A stretch of DNA of 64,000 nucleotides, taken from the NCBI RefSeq assembly GCF_009914755.1, contig NC_060942.1; one strand, 5' to 3'. This document shows positions 44,821 to 58,465 of this stretch, one piece after another. Every line of letters begins with the position of its first letter. Positions within the stretch are counted from its first letter, which is position 1. Position numbers and translations under genes: made by a program. Source of the DNA: the human T2T-CHM13v2.0 reference genome, Homo sapiens. The notes below the pieces were generated by a model. That model had not been told where the DNA came from. It did not search any database and saw nothing but the letters and a program-made list of their open reading frames with translations.

Positions 44821-47800
44821 GGCACAGAACCACAGGTCTCTGTTCAGTGTATTAAATATATTAAATATTAAATATATGAATATTAAGTCCACTCTTTTCT
44901 CACCTGTAAGTTTTCTGATGAGGAATCCAATGTATTTCTCAATATATTTCTCACATTTCTTACAAGGTAAAATTACTTTCCTCCTCTGGATTCACCTAAG
45001 ATTTTTTTCATTGTGTTTGGTTTTCTGCAGTCTGTCTATGACATACTTAGGTATGCATAGTTTGTTTTTTATTATGTTTGGTGTGTTTTTCTTGTGACCT
45101 CAGTGCTCTGATGGGCTCAAAAAGAGTTGTTTTTTTCTGCTTTTTTCTCGTTGTAAGCATAAGAATGACAACTCACAAGCTATGTACATGTCATAGTTTA
45201 AAACTTTTTCAAAAATGTCCCTGAGAATGGTAGTACTATGTTCAGATTTCACATATCCCAGAAAGAGAGAATTCACTGTGCTCATTCATAGGAATGAGCA
45301 GTTCATCATGAGACAAGTTTTACAACATAGACTTAAGTTGTAACTAAGTCCTTGCAACTTATGTATATTCTTACATAATTAAGAAACACTACATTAAATA
45401 ATGTTTCATTACAGTATACTAAAGTATTTAAACAAACTTTTATGGTTGTAGTCAGAAGTTTTTTTCATAAAAAATAAAAATATTATACTGATATAACAAT
45501 TTTGTAGATACAGTAGAAATTCTATAAAAATGTTTTAAAACCAGAAATATATATCTAAACACTGAGAAAATAATAATATTTAGTTATGTACTACTTATGT
45601 GTCCTTCCATGTGATAGAGTTTATGGCTTGGTGAATATACATACAGTTATAATTTATTTCATGCTCAAAGAAATTTAGTATCATAAAACTAATTGATTAA
45701 TATTCTACCATGTATCAGACACTGCACTAGACACAGGCGACTCAAAGTAGTGCGCCAAACACACCCCTTGTGCTAAAAGTGTTTGTAAGTCAGCAGATAC
45801 ATAAATAAGAAAATAAATATATAATTAAAAACAAAAACAAAAATTCCTCTGCAGTCCCTCTGCCTCCATATAGGCCACATTTGATAAATATTTGCCAGAG
45901 AGATATTTGATAATACTGATATCACTGATTCAAATCATCTGAATATTAAACAAGTTTTTCCACCTCTTTATTATTTAGAAAGGTCATCTTACTGGCTAAA
46001 TGTACCCTAATAGGCATTTAAATTTACCAAGAAACTTTCAAGCTACATGTATCCACGTGGTGGACTGTCATGAACCATGACATGGAGCACTGCAAATGCA
46101 CCAGGGCATTGAGAATGTATTATGCTTTGTTCAAGCCCTAGACTTACACACATTGTGAACACATAGTTTGAAATGCAATTTAGTAAACATTCACTGGAAA
46201 ACAACAATTTTACTCTGAAATGTTTGTCTATTGTTTTATTTAAACATTTAGGTTTTTACTATGAAATATTAGAAACATGTTTAGGTGGGCAAATAGGATC
46301 TTCTATTGCATCACTGATGTAACTAAATTATTCCCTGCCTGCCTCTTAAAGTACACACTCACATAGACGTAGATAGACACATTTTTACCCTATGTGTGTT
46401 TGCATACTCTGTTCTGTTTCGTATACTGTAATGTAAACCTTTACTTGGATACTTATTTTGTAAAATGGTGCATTGCAAAAACTGGAAAGTGAAGATAGAA
46501 TAAGAAATCACATCAATGTTCTTTCCAAAATTGTATTGACAAAATCTTAACAAAATATTGAAAATAAAGTTTCTCTGAATGGTAGTTTTATCTAGGTAAG
46601 ATAATCAGATTTTACTTAATTAAAAAATATCTGAGTGTTAATTTGGTGTTTCTGTTTCTTCACTGAATGAAACGAAGCTTTAATTTTCAGTTTGTTCACC
46701 AACATGTTCAGTGCTAGACGAAATTTCAAACCAAAGAATTTTTCAAGTGTTAAAACCGTTTTACCATTTGTAACTCTAATCTGATTTGGAAGTGTGCAGT
46801 TTAAAATGTTAACACTGTGAAGCACATACTGTGTTTGCTATTTAGAGCAAGACTGCAAGCTGAAAATGACCCAAACCAACAATATGTGTTGTTGTTGTTG
46901 TTTGGCATACTCAAGGGAGTTTGTGCTTTTTATTCCAGCAAATGGCAGTTTATTTTATTTCATAACCATTTGAGAGGTGAAATAAATCTTGCCACGTTTC
47001 TCTCTACCACATATCTGCTATATGAAAAAAACTGGTTATATACTTTACTTATTTTCTTCTCTGGAATAGGAGGAATGTCTTTCTTCAGTGCCAAAATTAA
47101 TAACACCACCTCATTTACTCACATTAAAAAGGAGATGTTCTTAATGCTTAAGAGAAAGAAAGCAGTATTAAAATATATTTCAGTGCTTTCGCAATTTTTT
47201 AGTAACGTTTCCAGATATTTTATCAGAATTTTCTTCTTTAGGAGAACCAGGAAAGACTGAAAGGAACAGAAAATCTGTGAATGCTGGTGTTGTATGTGTG
47301 GGTCACCACCTTCCCTAACAGAGAACTCGAGATTTCTCTTAGGCTTCAGTTTTTATCATTTTGATGAGTTATGGAATTTGGTAGCTTATTATTAGCTATA
47401 AGCCACTTCAAAGTGGAAAAGAATCTGCCATTGACAGGAACAACACCTCAGACAGCTTGTGAAAGAGGAAGAGATGTCTTCGGCAATGTAAAATGGGTGC
47501 TTAAGAGCAAAGAGCTCTGTGATGGCTGAACTTTATTGAGAAGATTGGAGAAAATAAAGATGATCCCATGTATTTTTGTAGTGTACAGAGATAGTTTGTT
47601 CTAACATTGGCATTAAAAAGATTAATATATTGACTCAATTTTACATGTATTTTTTCTTATTAGGGCAGAGATGTTAGGAGGTATATGGGTAATTGTGTTA
47701 TAGATTAATATTCTGACATCAAATGGTAATATATTTATGATTTTTCAATTATATGGGGCCCAAAGTATTTACTGATGTAAAAGCAACAGATCTTTCTTCT

Positions 47801-49699
47801 AAATGACTTTTCAATTATTTTATTTTCTGCCTTAATAGAACTGAAGGAGTTAATAATAAGTCAAAACTTACACTAAGGCATGACTTGAAATATGGATTTA
47901 CGCTTGTCTGAATGGTCCTATATAGACTAGTAGGATGTGAGTTTTAAGGCTGGAGATTTTCTGTCTAAGGAATGTGTTTAGACAAGGGAAGCCACCATCA
48001 ATCAAGCTTCCTGTGGATCACGACAGCTTGGTGGATGCCCGGACTCAGCAAGAATGCCTGGAAGTCCGACTGCCCCACCACACGCTGCCATTTGTGTTAT
48101 TTCAGAGGGACACTGTGTGTGATGCTCTTGGTACTGTAAAGCCTAACAGAAATTTATCACAGGGCTTGGCAGCTCGGCCACACTTTTTGTCAAATGTTAG
48201 CTCTACCAGTAAGCACTGAAGTGTTAAGGTGGGATTGAATTGCTTGACACAGAGTGAAACACATCCAAGTGAAACTCTAGAAATGAGAAAAGAATACATT
48301 CTTCTGTTCTTTTGCTTAGGTTCCCAACACAGTTGTGTGGGAAGCATGTATTCTTTCTGGTCTATCGTCTTCTAATATCTGAAGACCCAGTAACTTCCAT
48401 ACGCACAAATTAGACAACGTGGGGGAATATAAAGATACTGTCAGATGCAGAGTGACAGAGACTAAATAATTCAGAAGCTAGCTCCTTTTCTTTAGTCTGC
48501 TTATAAAGTGCTTTTGGCATGTGATTGATAGATATTGTCTTAAATCTGGGGGAAAAGTTCCAGTAAAAAAGTTCCATGTAAATTCTCATCTTTTTCTTCA
48601 TACTCAAAACATACACACAAAGAGAAGCAAATTAAGTCTCAAGGTTGTATTTGTTCAGCATGCTAAAAGACAGAATTCGTTTCCTATAAGGTGCATATAC
48701 TTTAAACCCAATTCAAACACATTCATTATTTGGAGGCCTAGAAGGAGCCAAAACGCTTTTTCATCTATAAACTGCTGTAAGGCCTCTGTAGAAATACGTA
48801 GGCGTTCGAGTTGAGTTTAGTTTTGTATTTAAAATTTTAAGTAATTTGTATTTTACCCATGAACATTTCATTTTGTTTAATTGGGATCTGATTGCAGTTG
48901 CCAAGATTAGAAATATTGCATCATTTGTGCTCAACGGCATATTGCATGAGCTTTCAAGTAGTTTCTATACATGTATTAAACCTTCACCTTAAACATTTTA
49001 AGGCGTTCTCTGTCACATAAAGTCACATACTGGATATATTCAGTAAATAATAGTAATTAATTATTTAATTTCTATTTTAGAATGAAAGTATTATTCTTAT
49101 TTGTATATTCTGCTTTATTAGACACCATTGTTATAATGAGTAGGAAAATGTTGGCAGATACAGACTCTAAATGCTATTTTTCTATTATCTGAAGTCCCTA
49201 AGTCTGAGAACAAAGATGATATCCTGCAGATAATTCACATTAATTATTTTTACAAGTTTCATATTGTTATCTTGCATATTATATTACACGAAATAATAGT
49301 TATAAAAACTACTACGTGTTCACTCCAAATAGTGGCTGAACCAGCACTGTTGGCAAGCTGTGATGTACAAACAATGGGTCTTGCTGGGTATTAGTACAAA
49401 TGCACAGATTAAGTTACTAACCATTCTCTACCTTTGTCTTTTACCTACATGTGTTATAGTCTTTCCAGTCATTTTTCTTTCTGCTATATATTTTTTTACC
49501 CCAAATAACCCTTATTTATGTGCTTGTCATTGTCCTTTTGCTCGCCTCTGTCCTTATATAGAAGTTGCCTCCTAATATTTGATGGCCATTAAGTACTAAA
49601 TTAATGACCAATAATTAATTTTATAATGTGTGTAATATTTCCTGTAAGACTTTAATTTGAATAAAAACTTAAGTAAATTCATAAATGTGTATGTAAGGG

Positions 49700-50161
49700 T
49701 TCTAGCTCATGCACATCATAGCTCAGTGCATTGCCGGTTTGTGGCTGAAGCCTGTATTACCAGGGTCTTTAGTACCAGACTCTGGTACCTCCATCCCTGC
49801 TCCACATCCATACCTCACCTTCCACCCTGTGTCCCGTGTTTCTGCTGATGCTCTATACTGCCACTGTCCTTACTCAGTGAACTTACACCAGGAGCAAGAC
49901 ATGTTGGATGAATTCTTCTGCTCTCTCATCTTGCTCACAAGCCATGGTTCAGAGATGCAGTAATTTTTTTTCAGGCTCTCTGAAGACATCCATTTAGGTT
50001 GGAAATTTTAATGTTTCATGAAACTTGGTCATACATTTTCATGTATTCTCTTTCTTCCTTGATTGCCTCAGATGACTTCCCCTAGGATCCCACTCCCTAA
50101 TAAAGTGTTGGCTCATAAATTTTCACATCCAGTCTTCTTTTCTAAGGTAGTCAAATTAAGA
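49700..50161 (+). mobile_element. Probable ERVL-class LTR (LTR16/33-like) upstream of the ERVL internal region
   Basis: aataaag followed by an LTR-end-like stretch that abuts internal-like sequence. Weak similarity. Confidence 0.4.
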
Positions 50162-50412
50162 AGTTGAGTAGCTAGAGCTACTCTGGAAAGCATATGATCA
50201 GATGGGCTTTTGGAGTTTGCCAAGAAATCTGAAGTCAGTATGAACTTCGTTTCTAGCATCATCATTATTAAAACTTCACCTACGATTAACTGTGATAAGG
50301 TACAAGTGAGTGGTAATCTGCAGAGGAGCAAGGATATTGCTTTTAGGCCAATAACCAGAGTCTAGGTATGGCTAGGCACTTGTGGTGAAGCTGAATTCTT
50401 GCTTTGGAATTA

Positions 50413-50415
<3 letters not shown>

Positions 50416-50451
<36 letters not shown>

Positions 50452-50560
50452 GTATATATTGATAATTATACATTAGTATAATATATATGTTTAGTATATG
50501 TATAATTAGTCTTTGTGTATATATATGTGTGTATATATATATATACACATACATATACTG
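50416..50560. repeat. (TA)n-rich microsatellite
   Basis: Directly visible. Confidence 0.9.
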
Positions 50561-52354
50561 TGTGTCAGTAAGAGTCAGAAAGCTTATAGGGATGTTAATA
50601 AATTTACTATATGTATTAATAGATTTACTACATGTACATTTATTATATGCATTAATAAATTTACTATAAGACCTGAGATCTCACCCTTGTTTCTCAGGAG
50701 GTCCTAGAATCCATCCTTTCACTAAGGCAGTGTAAAATTTCCTAATGAGGATGTTATCAAAATGTTTGAGAAGCTCAATGGTTGGTGTCCTTGGAAAAGA
50801 GCATTGAGAGTTAGAGACCCTGTTGTAGACCTGCCCCATATCAATGTGAATAATAAGAATCTGGAATGTTAGAGGCCAGTGGCAATACTTATTGTCAGAA
50901 GCAAAGAATGCAAATAACTTAATGGGTATAGTAAAGTGACAATAAAGATGTCTGAATCTCCTACCACAATTAAAGTGGCTGTACTGAGCACAAGGGATAT
51001 GACAGTCAAGCAGAGGTTTCCACAATTTGTATAAGAAATGAAAATAAGTGAGACTTTGCAAGCTTTCATCCACTACAATGCAAAATATATATCCTTATCT
51101 CAATTTCCAGATCTCAAATTAGTTCACGTGACCATAACATACTGACTGACAGGAAGACAAGGTCATCTCGAGGAAAGATCCTTCAATACCATAAATATAT
51201 GGTCAAAAATACTTTGATCATGCCTCAAAGGACCTGCAGCCACTTCTTCAGGGAGCTGTGCACTGAGGAAATGGGGAAATACGACATTTTGAAGAACTTT
51301 TTGTATAATGTATGAGCTGAAACCAGAGTCCTAAGATGCCATCAGGGTTCTCAAGTTAAAGGGGGATAATGGAGGTCAAGGAATGAATGAGGAGGTGACC
51401 CAAGTCCATCTCACTGTAGACACAGTGCATCCATGGACTCAAGCTATACTTATAAGTACTAATATGCTTCCTGATTAGTTTATTTGGGTTGAATATATTT
51501 ACCAGCTGGCAGAACTTTCATGTTGTTTCTCTGACCTGTAAAGTAAGAGCCGTTATTGTAGAAGGGTAAAAGTGAAAGCCAAGGCAACAGCCCACCCCAC
51601 ATTCCCATCCAGGAGTTTATATTGGGAGCAATATCTCATCTGAGGAGGAAGTTCATGTATTAATGCCACCATCAAATATTTGAAAAATTTAATGATAATA
51701 GTCTCCAGTATTTCCTCTTTCAATCTTTCAGTTCACCAGTCTAATCTCAGTTAAGAACAAACACCAAAAGATGGATCATTGTAATTCATAGTGGACCACT
51801 CTTAATTAGCCTCATTTGCAGCTTCTGCCTGCTATTAGCACAACTTCTGAAATTGGTATAAGGCTTTGGATTTGTTAAGGACATTTCTCTCAATCCTCTT
51901 AGCACGAAGGGCTCAAATCAGGTCATTTTTACCTGTTAAGGACAACATTCCCCCCTGCCTTTTTTTGCCACAGGGATAAATTAACTCTCTTGTCCTTTAT
52001 TGTCAGATAGTCTGTAAGGATCATGACCATTTTGACCTTCCTGATAGCATCACCGTATTTTACTATATCAAGGAAAATTGGCCTAATTAGACAAGGTGAA
52101 CAGGAGGTGGCCAGAACTTTAGGTTCTCTAATAAGATACACACGTGGCGAACTTGATAGATAAACAACAAAAGGACTCAGGAGCCTACAACACTAGTACA
52201 TCTTAAGGAATCCAGTGATTTGGAATACTCCCGAGCATCTCCTCTAAGCTAGAGGACAAATGTTTCTCTGTGCATCCCCTACCTGAGAAAGAAGTACAGC
52301 ACCGGGTGGGCCATTTTTATTTCAGAAGTAAAACGAAAATACTGCTTCAATGTA

Positions 52355-52430
52355 TCTTAATATAGACCACACTCAAAATGACTGTGAACTGATATGTTCA
52401 CAGTCATTTTGAGTGTGGTCTAGATTAAGA
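52355..52430. repeat. Near-perfect palindrome: 35-bp arms, 6-nt loop
   Basis: tcttaatatagaccacactcaaaatgactgtgaac-tgatat-gttcacagtcattttgagtgtggtctagattaaga, one mismatch. Confidence 0.97.
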
Positions 52431-52627
52431 GGGGACTTTACAGCAGGCCTGGGCTGTAGTGTGAGCTTCCCTACCTCTTTGGCCATATAACGAAACAGAT
52501 CAAAATAATGCTAGAAATATACAAATTGGTAAAAATGCTGTGCAGATTCTTTAACAAGCTCCCTAAGAAAGCTGCAGTACAGACATTTATGGCCATATCA
52601 TTCTGTGTCAGAGAACTAGTCCCCTTT

Positions 52628-52657
52628 TCTCTCTCTCTCTCTATTTCTCTCTCTCTA

Positions 52658-52701
<44 letters not shown>

Positions 52702-52705
52702 ACAC
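52628..52705. repeat. (CT)n(CA)n compound microsatellite
   Basis: Directly visible. Confidence 0.93.
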
Positions 52706-53474
52706 TGTTAGTGTGCTACTTGGCTCAAATAGAGGCCGAGTGATAGTTACTGCAAGTAATTGTTTGTTATGAGTTGTGCATTACAGATCCATCAAGGACA
52801 ATGACAAGCAAGCACACCAGCATTTTACTGTCAAATGTAAATAGTTATTTGAAATGGGCCTAGGAAAAATGAGAAAGAAGAGGTAAATCACATGAGCAGG
52901 TAGCTCAGGTACCTATCCCTTCTGTCATCACTTCTATTGCACTGATGTTCCTCCTTCAACTCACACCTCTGGCCAACTGACAGAATACGAGATAACTCAG
53001 GCCAGCTTCACAAAGTGGTTGATGTGATATGTTGATGGTGGTTAAAATTGGACCCCCATCAATTGCAGCCCTCACTGTAGTGGCTGACCATTCTGAATGG
53101 GAATTCTGGTGAGAAGAGCTGCAAGTAGTACATGAGGTTGTCCATTTCATACCAAGGAAAAGTTAGTCAACTTATGGATGCACATTAATTACTGAGCAGT
53201 AGTGAATAGCTTGGCTGCTTGGTCAAGGGGCTGGGAGAAACATCTGGAAGATTAAAAAACTCTTGGAAAATGCCCTCTGGATGTACTTGTGGGAATGGGC
53301 ATTAAGTGAATAGAGCTTACATTAATGCCAGCCAGAGGGCATCCACCTAAGAGGAGGCTCTCAACTAGCAGATGGATGGATGACCTGACCTTGGATGTCA
53401 GCTGTCACCAGGCCGAAGCCAATTCAGCTCAGCTAAGGTGCCACCTCTTGGAAAATGTCTTCTGGATTGAGGAT

Positions 53475-53990
53475 GCTATTACTATGAACTGAATTTTGTG
53501 CCCCCAAAATTCATATTTTGAAACCTCAAATCCTTAATGTGACTATATTTGGAAAAGGGCCTTTAAAAAAGCAATTAAGGTTAAATGAGGTCATAATGAT
53601 AGGGTTTTAATCTGATAGGGTTAGAATCTTTGTAAAAAAATACACAAGAGAGCTCATCCTCTTGCTGTGAGGACACACCAAGAAGGTGGCCATCTGCAAG
53701 CCAAGAAGGGAACAGACAACTTGACAGCCAATTCTGTTCCTCACTAGGAAAAGAAATGTGATGTCAGACTAGGTTATGGCCTCACCTATTTCAATAAGCT
53801 TGAATAACATCTTTGGCTCACTAGGAACAGAATTGACAGCCAGTTCTGTTCCTCACTAGGAAGAAAATTGGCTATCAGGTTTATATGACTTTAGACTTCC
53901 CAGCTTCTAGAACTATAAGAAATAAGTTTCTGCTCCATAAGCACCCAGGCTATAGTATTTAGCTATGGTAGCCTGATAATATGAATATAC
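53475..53990 (+). mobile_element. MaLR LTR (MLT1A-like) with an internal insertion
   Basis: gaactgaattttgtgcccccaaaattcata, aattaaggttaaatgaggtcataa, gccatctgcaagccaag, cttcccagcttctagaactataagaaataag. Confidence 0.8.
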
Positions 53991-54006
53991 TATTCTCCAT
54001 GAGGTT

Positions 54007-54629
54007 TGTAGGGGCCAAGGCTGTTGGCCTCCTGGAGGTTCACTGAAGTTCACTGACATGAGACAGATTGACTAATAAGAGAAAAGGCATATTAATTTGT
54101 TTGAAGCATATACAGGAAAGCCTTCAGAATTGAGACCCAAAGATATAGGGGAAATTGCCCATTTTTATGCTTAGGTTCAACAAAGTATGAACAGCTATGT
54201 AGAAATATGATTGGATAAGAGCACATGTTCTAATGTTAATAGACTGAGTGGGGAAACCCTGTAAGGCCTGTCTGTTTAGATTCTTCTTGGTCTCTCTGAG
54301 CATGCATTCTTTCCTTCTCAGTGTGGCACAGGGACCTTCCTGGAATGAGGGTCTTATGTTCATCTGCAATCAAATAAGGTAGATCAGAGAGTTTATTTAT
54401 AGCCAGTTTTTACTCAAAATATTTTTAGGTTCTGTGGCTGTTTTTCAGGAAAAGGAGTTCTGGTTTCTATGACCCACCTTGGGGAAGAGGGATTCCAGTT
54501 TCTATAGCCAGCTTCAGCGGAGAATGGGACTGAGAAACAGGAGAACAGGAGAAGGTCAGAGAAAAACTTTTGCTTCTCCGGCTGCTGCTGAGGCCTTTAA
54601 TTTGGGGTACTGTTTTCTGAACCCCAGCG
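54007..54629 (-). mobile_element. ERV1 LTR (MER4D-like)
   Basis: tgtagggg...; gcttaggttcaacaaagtatg; ggaatgagggtcttatg; ...ttttctgaacccca. Confidence 0.7.
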
Positions 54630-56639
54630 GTTTATATGCAATGACCCAAATGGATGATATTAAGTATGGTGTTCCCGATACCTAGAATATGTAGGTCAGG
54701 AACAAAAGAGTGACAGCATATCTGGGTCCTATCACTACCCATCTGGGAACTCAATTATGAACTTTTGTTTCTCAGTCCACAATCTTAAACCGTACCAGTT
54801 AAAGGTTCTGGTTTACAGGTCGAGAAAGCGTCTATTAGATTAGGTTAACTGAAAGCTATGAGTGACATCTGATCATTTTAGTATTCTCTTGCTGGTGTAC
54901 TGGGGGCCAACGGAAGGAGTAACAAATCTGGCAGGGATAATCGACTTTGACTACCACAAGTGCCTAGGGTTGCTGCCACACAGGAGCAGAGCAGTATGCC
55001 TGGAATCAAATGAATTCACTTGGATATATCTTTGTGTTTTTGTGCTCAGTGATAGCCATTAATAGTTCATTGCAGCAACCACAACCCAACACAGACAAGA
55101 CAACTAAGGACTCCAAACTCTTGAAGTAATAGTAATAGTTAATAGTAAAATGTTAATATAGTCACCTTTTGACCTATGGGTAAGAAGCAGACAGATCTAA
55201 CCTCTTTTCTAAAGTGCAAATATTTTTTAAAGAAAAAAGATGTAAAATATGCATTTTTTAAAAATGCAACTTTGAATAGAAAAATAAATTAACTGCTATT
55301 GAATGTCCAACATTTTATAGCATTAGCTTCACAAATGAAATGTTATGTATTATTTTTAAAAGTCTTGGTAAACATTATATAATATGATTCATATGTCCTC
55401 TAAACTGAATATCTATTTTCTTATCAAATTTGGGCTTTTATTCCTTCTATATCCTCATAAACAGAATAAAGACATATTTGGGCATTAGTAGCTTCTTGAA
55501 TCAGTACATTTAAATTATCTTCAATATGTGAAGAGAAAGGTTGAGTTTTTTCTGTCAAACATCAAAAGAAAGATTTTTAAAATAGTTGTCATGTCTCCAA
55601 TTATTTAAACAGCTTGAAATTTGTACAGTCAAGATTACCTCTTCCTATGAAACAAGGCACGTCATTTTGGATAGATCATATTATAGATATATTCCTCAAA
55701 AAAATACTTTCCCTCTAGCATAACAGCAAACATTGGCTAATGTATTTTGTTACAGTTATTCAGAATGCTTATAAAAATAATATTTAATTCTTTTTTAAAT
55801 TATTCATCTAAATCTAATCTTCAATAAAGGTACACAGTGGCTCTCTTGACTGACCGTCTTCTTAACCTGTATTATTCCCACCAAAATTCCGTTAGGAAGC
55901 ATAAAATATGAGAAATTACAGATTTTTTTGAGGTTTTAAACATTATTTATACTAGCTAAACTGGCTAAACTGCTGCTGTAAATCTACATTTGCCTGCATA
56001 CTGTATAATGGATTCCCCCACATAAGCTTCCTGCCCTGGCACTCTTACTTGATAGAAATCCCAATCTCTACAATGTCAGTGAGTTGTTAATATTTTCTCA
56101 GAAAAGTCTTAAGTGAATGTGACAGTTGGTAGTAATTATTAACCTTGCATTGAACCAGTAATTAAATGATGCAGCTTGAATGGGGAGGGGGTATGCTGCA
56201 AACTTGCCTACCCTTGCTCAGTGATCCTTCTGATTCTTCCTGCCCTAATCCGACATTATTAAAGCTCATTATTTCTTGACAGAGCTAAAGATTTAAATCA
56301 TTACATGGAATATGTTTTAGATTCTGTACACCCATTTTTAAGCAACATTTTTATACATACTTCAATTCTATTTTTTAAAAAAGAAGAGTAAAACACAACA
56401 ACAACAGCAACAAAAAAACATTAAATTTAAATTTCAGCTACCTTTCTGAAGAGTGGTTTGGCTAATTCCCTAAATAGATTTGAAATGTACAGTAATACAT
56501 GTTCTTTGCTTCTGAAGTAGTCCCTAAATTTTAGAGCCTTTCTATTTTCACCGTCAACATACTTTGTCTTAGCTAATTTAAAATACATACGTGATACAGA
56601 GATAAAAAGAGCTTAAGGGAAGATTCATTAACTGCCTTT

Positions 56640-56770
56640 TAAGTGCCAAGTATGTTTCTTACTGTTTGCTCATTGACCCATTTAATCCTCACATCAACCC
56701 TATTCTCCCTGTCACTTTGATGAAAAAATAACTGAGGCTCAAAGTGTTTATGTTGTTTGCTCACAATTAC
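56640..56770 (-). mobile_element. MIR fragment
   Basis: catttaatcctcacatcaaccct...aactgaggctca. Confidence 0.65.
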
Positions 56771-57088
56771 CAAGCTTTCCTTTTTACAATTTTGTCTCTC
56801 AGATAACTTTGAAAGAAGTTGCTTTCTGTACTGGATAGTGAGTGATAATGCTGGGATTTGCTGAATGAAGAGAAATTGGACACAAATTAAAATTTCACTC
56901 AGAATAGTTTCTGTCAGCTCTTTGAAGAGCAAAACCTGCCTAAAAGTATGGAACGTGAATCTTTCTAAATGGTCCCGAGTTATTAAGCAACTAAGAAATA
57001 TTGCATTCCTGATTACATAATTCATTTCTTCTGAGAACCTACAAGAATAAAAATTACTATCACTCATGGATCCAATGAATATTTTTGG

Positions 57089-57258
57089 ACAAATTCACTA
57101 CTAGATTGTGTTTGTGTTTTTTCTTTGCTTCTCCACCCTATCATTTTTAGTTGGTACATGCAAGCTAAGTTTATCAATACTTCAAACAATCCTCTAACTG
57201 GGAAGTCAGATCAACACAAGGTAAGTTGTAAGACTGCAATTTATCTTGCAGCTAGTTA
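57089..57258 (+). repeat. Left arm of ~170-bp diverged inverted duplication
   Basis: Reverse complement of 59507-59680, roughly 85-90% identical by eye. Confidence 0.93.
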
Positions 57259-57307
57259 GGACAGACACTGACCTAGGAACAGGGAAATGTATTATGCTTC
57301 TCAGAAG

Positions 57308-57496
57308 TAAGGTTGCCAAATTTAGCAAAGAAAAATACAGAATGCACAATTAAAATCCAGATTAAAAAAGTAAATAATTTTTAGTATACATATGTCTCCT
57401 GCAATATTTGGGACATTCTTACACTAAAAAAATTATTCGTGCATTATCTGAAGTGCAAATTTAACTAAGCATCCTGCATTTTATCTGGCAACCCTA
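57308..57496 (+). mobile_element. MER53 palindromic DNA element
   Basis: Termini ta(a/g)ggttgcca...tggcaacccta, internal symmetry, ~190 bp. Confidence 0.88.
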
Positions 57497-57563
57497 CTCA
57501 TGGGACCTAAGGTGGGATATTTTTTCTCTAAAAATAGGAAGCAATGAAATAAATGTAAAATCT

Positions 57564-58275
57564 AAAACAGGAAACAACAGATGCTGGCAAAGCTGTGGAG
57601 AAATAGGAGTGCTTTTACAATGTTGGTGGGAGTGTAAATTAGTTCAACCATTGTGGAAGACAGTGTGGTGATTCCTCAGGGACCTAGAACAAGAAATACC
57701 ATTTGACTCAGGAATCCCATCACTAGGTATATACCCAAAGGATTATAAATCATTCTACTATAAAGACACATGCACATGTGTGTATATTGTAGTATCATTT
57801 ATAATAGGAAAGACTTGGAACCAACCCAAATGTCCATCAATGATAGACTGGATAAAGAAAATGTGGCACATCTACACCATGGAATACTATGCATCCATAA
57901 AATAGAATGAGTTTATGTCCTTTGCAGAGACATGGATGAAGCTGGAAGCCATCATTCTCAGCAAACTAACCCAGGAACAGAAAACCAAATACCACATGTT
58001 CTCACTCATAAGTGGGAGTTGAACACTGAGAACACGTGGACACAGGGAGGGGAACATCACACAGTGGGGCCTGTTGCAGGGTGGGGGGAAAGGGGAGTGA
58101 GAGCATTAGGACAAATACCTAATGCATGAGGGGCTAAATAAAAAAAGTAATAACTAGATGACAGGTTGATAGGTGCAGCAAACGACCATGGCACATGTAT
58201 ATCTGTGTAAGAAACCTGCACGTTCTGCACAGTATCCCAGAACTTAAATAAAGTAAAATAAAATAAAATAAAAGT
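57564..58275 (+). mobile_element. L1PA 3' end (L1PA7/8-like)
   Basis: ORF2 C-terminal region and 3' UTR (gttctcactcataagtgggag, aatacctaatgcatg, ggtgcagcaaac), (TAAAA)n tail. Confidence 0.93.
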
Positions 58276-58465
58276 TACATAAGCAAAGAGGAAAAAGAAG
58301 GGCTTCTCAGGAAAAGATGAAAATATGAACGACACAGTGGCAGAAAGCTTGGAGAACAGCAGGGACTGAAAGAGTGCCAAAGGCAGGTGTGGAGAGAGTA
58401 TGGGGAGGTATATTTTAAGGGCACAGAGGAGAATTGCGGCCTGAAGTGGAGGTTCATGATGGGCA

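Larger units (their letters stand above)
50162..55130 (+). mobile_element. Highly decayed ERVL-class internal region (gag/pol relic), interrupted by microsatellites, MLT1A-like and MER4-like LTRs
   Basis: ERVL-like motifs cagctggcagaac...ctgacctgtaaagtaagagc; ttttgagtg...cagcaggcctgggctg; ttaatgccagccagagggcatccacc. No intact ORF. Confidence 0.7.

Noticed and set aside
46817-47260. 147-aa ORF in unique sequence
   Set aside because: Non-ATG start, F/L/I-rich composition typical of AT-rich noise, no recognisable domain.
57308-57496. Large imperfect hairpin
   Set aside because: Intrinsic symmetry of MER53, already known.
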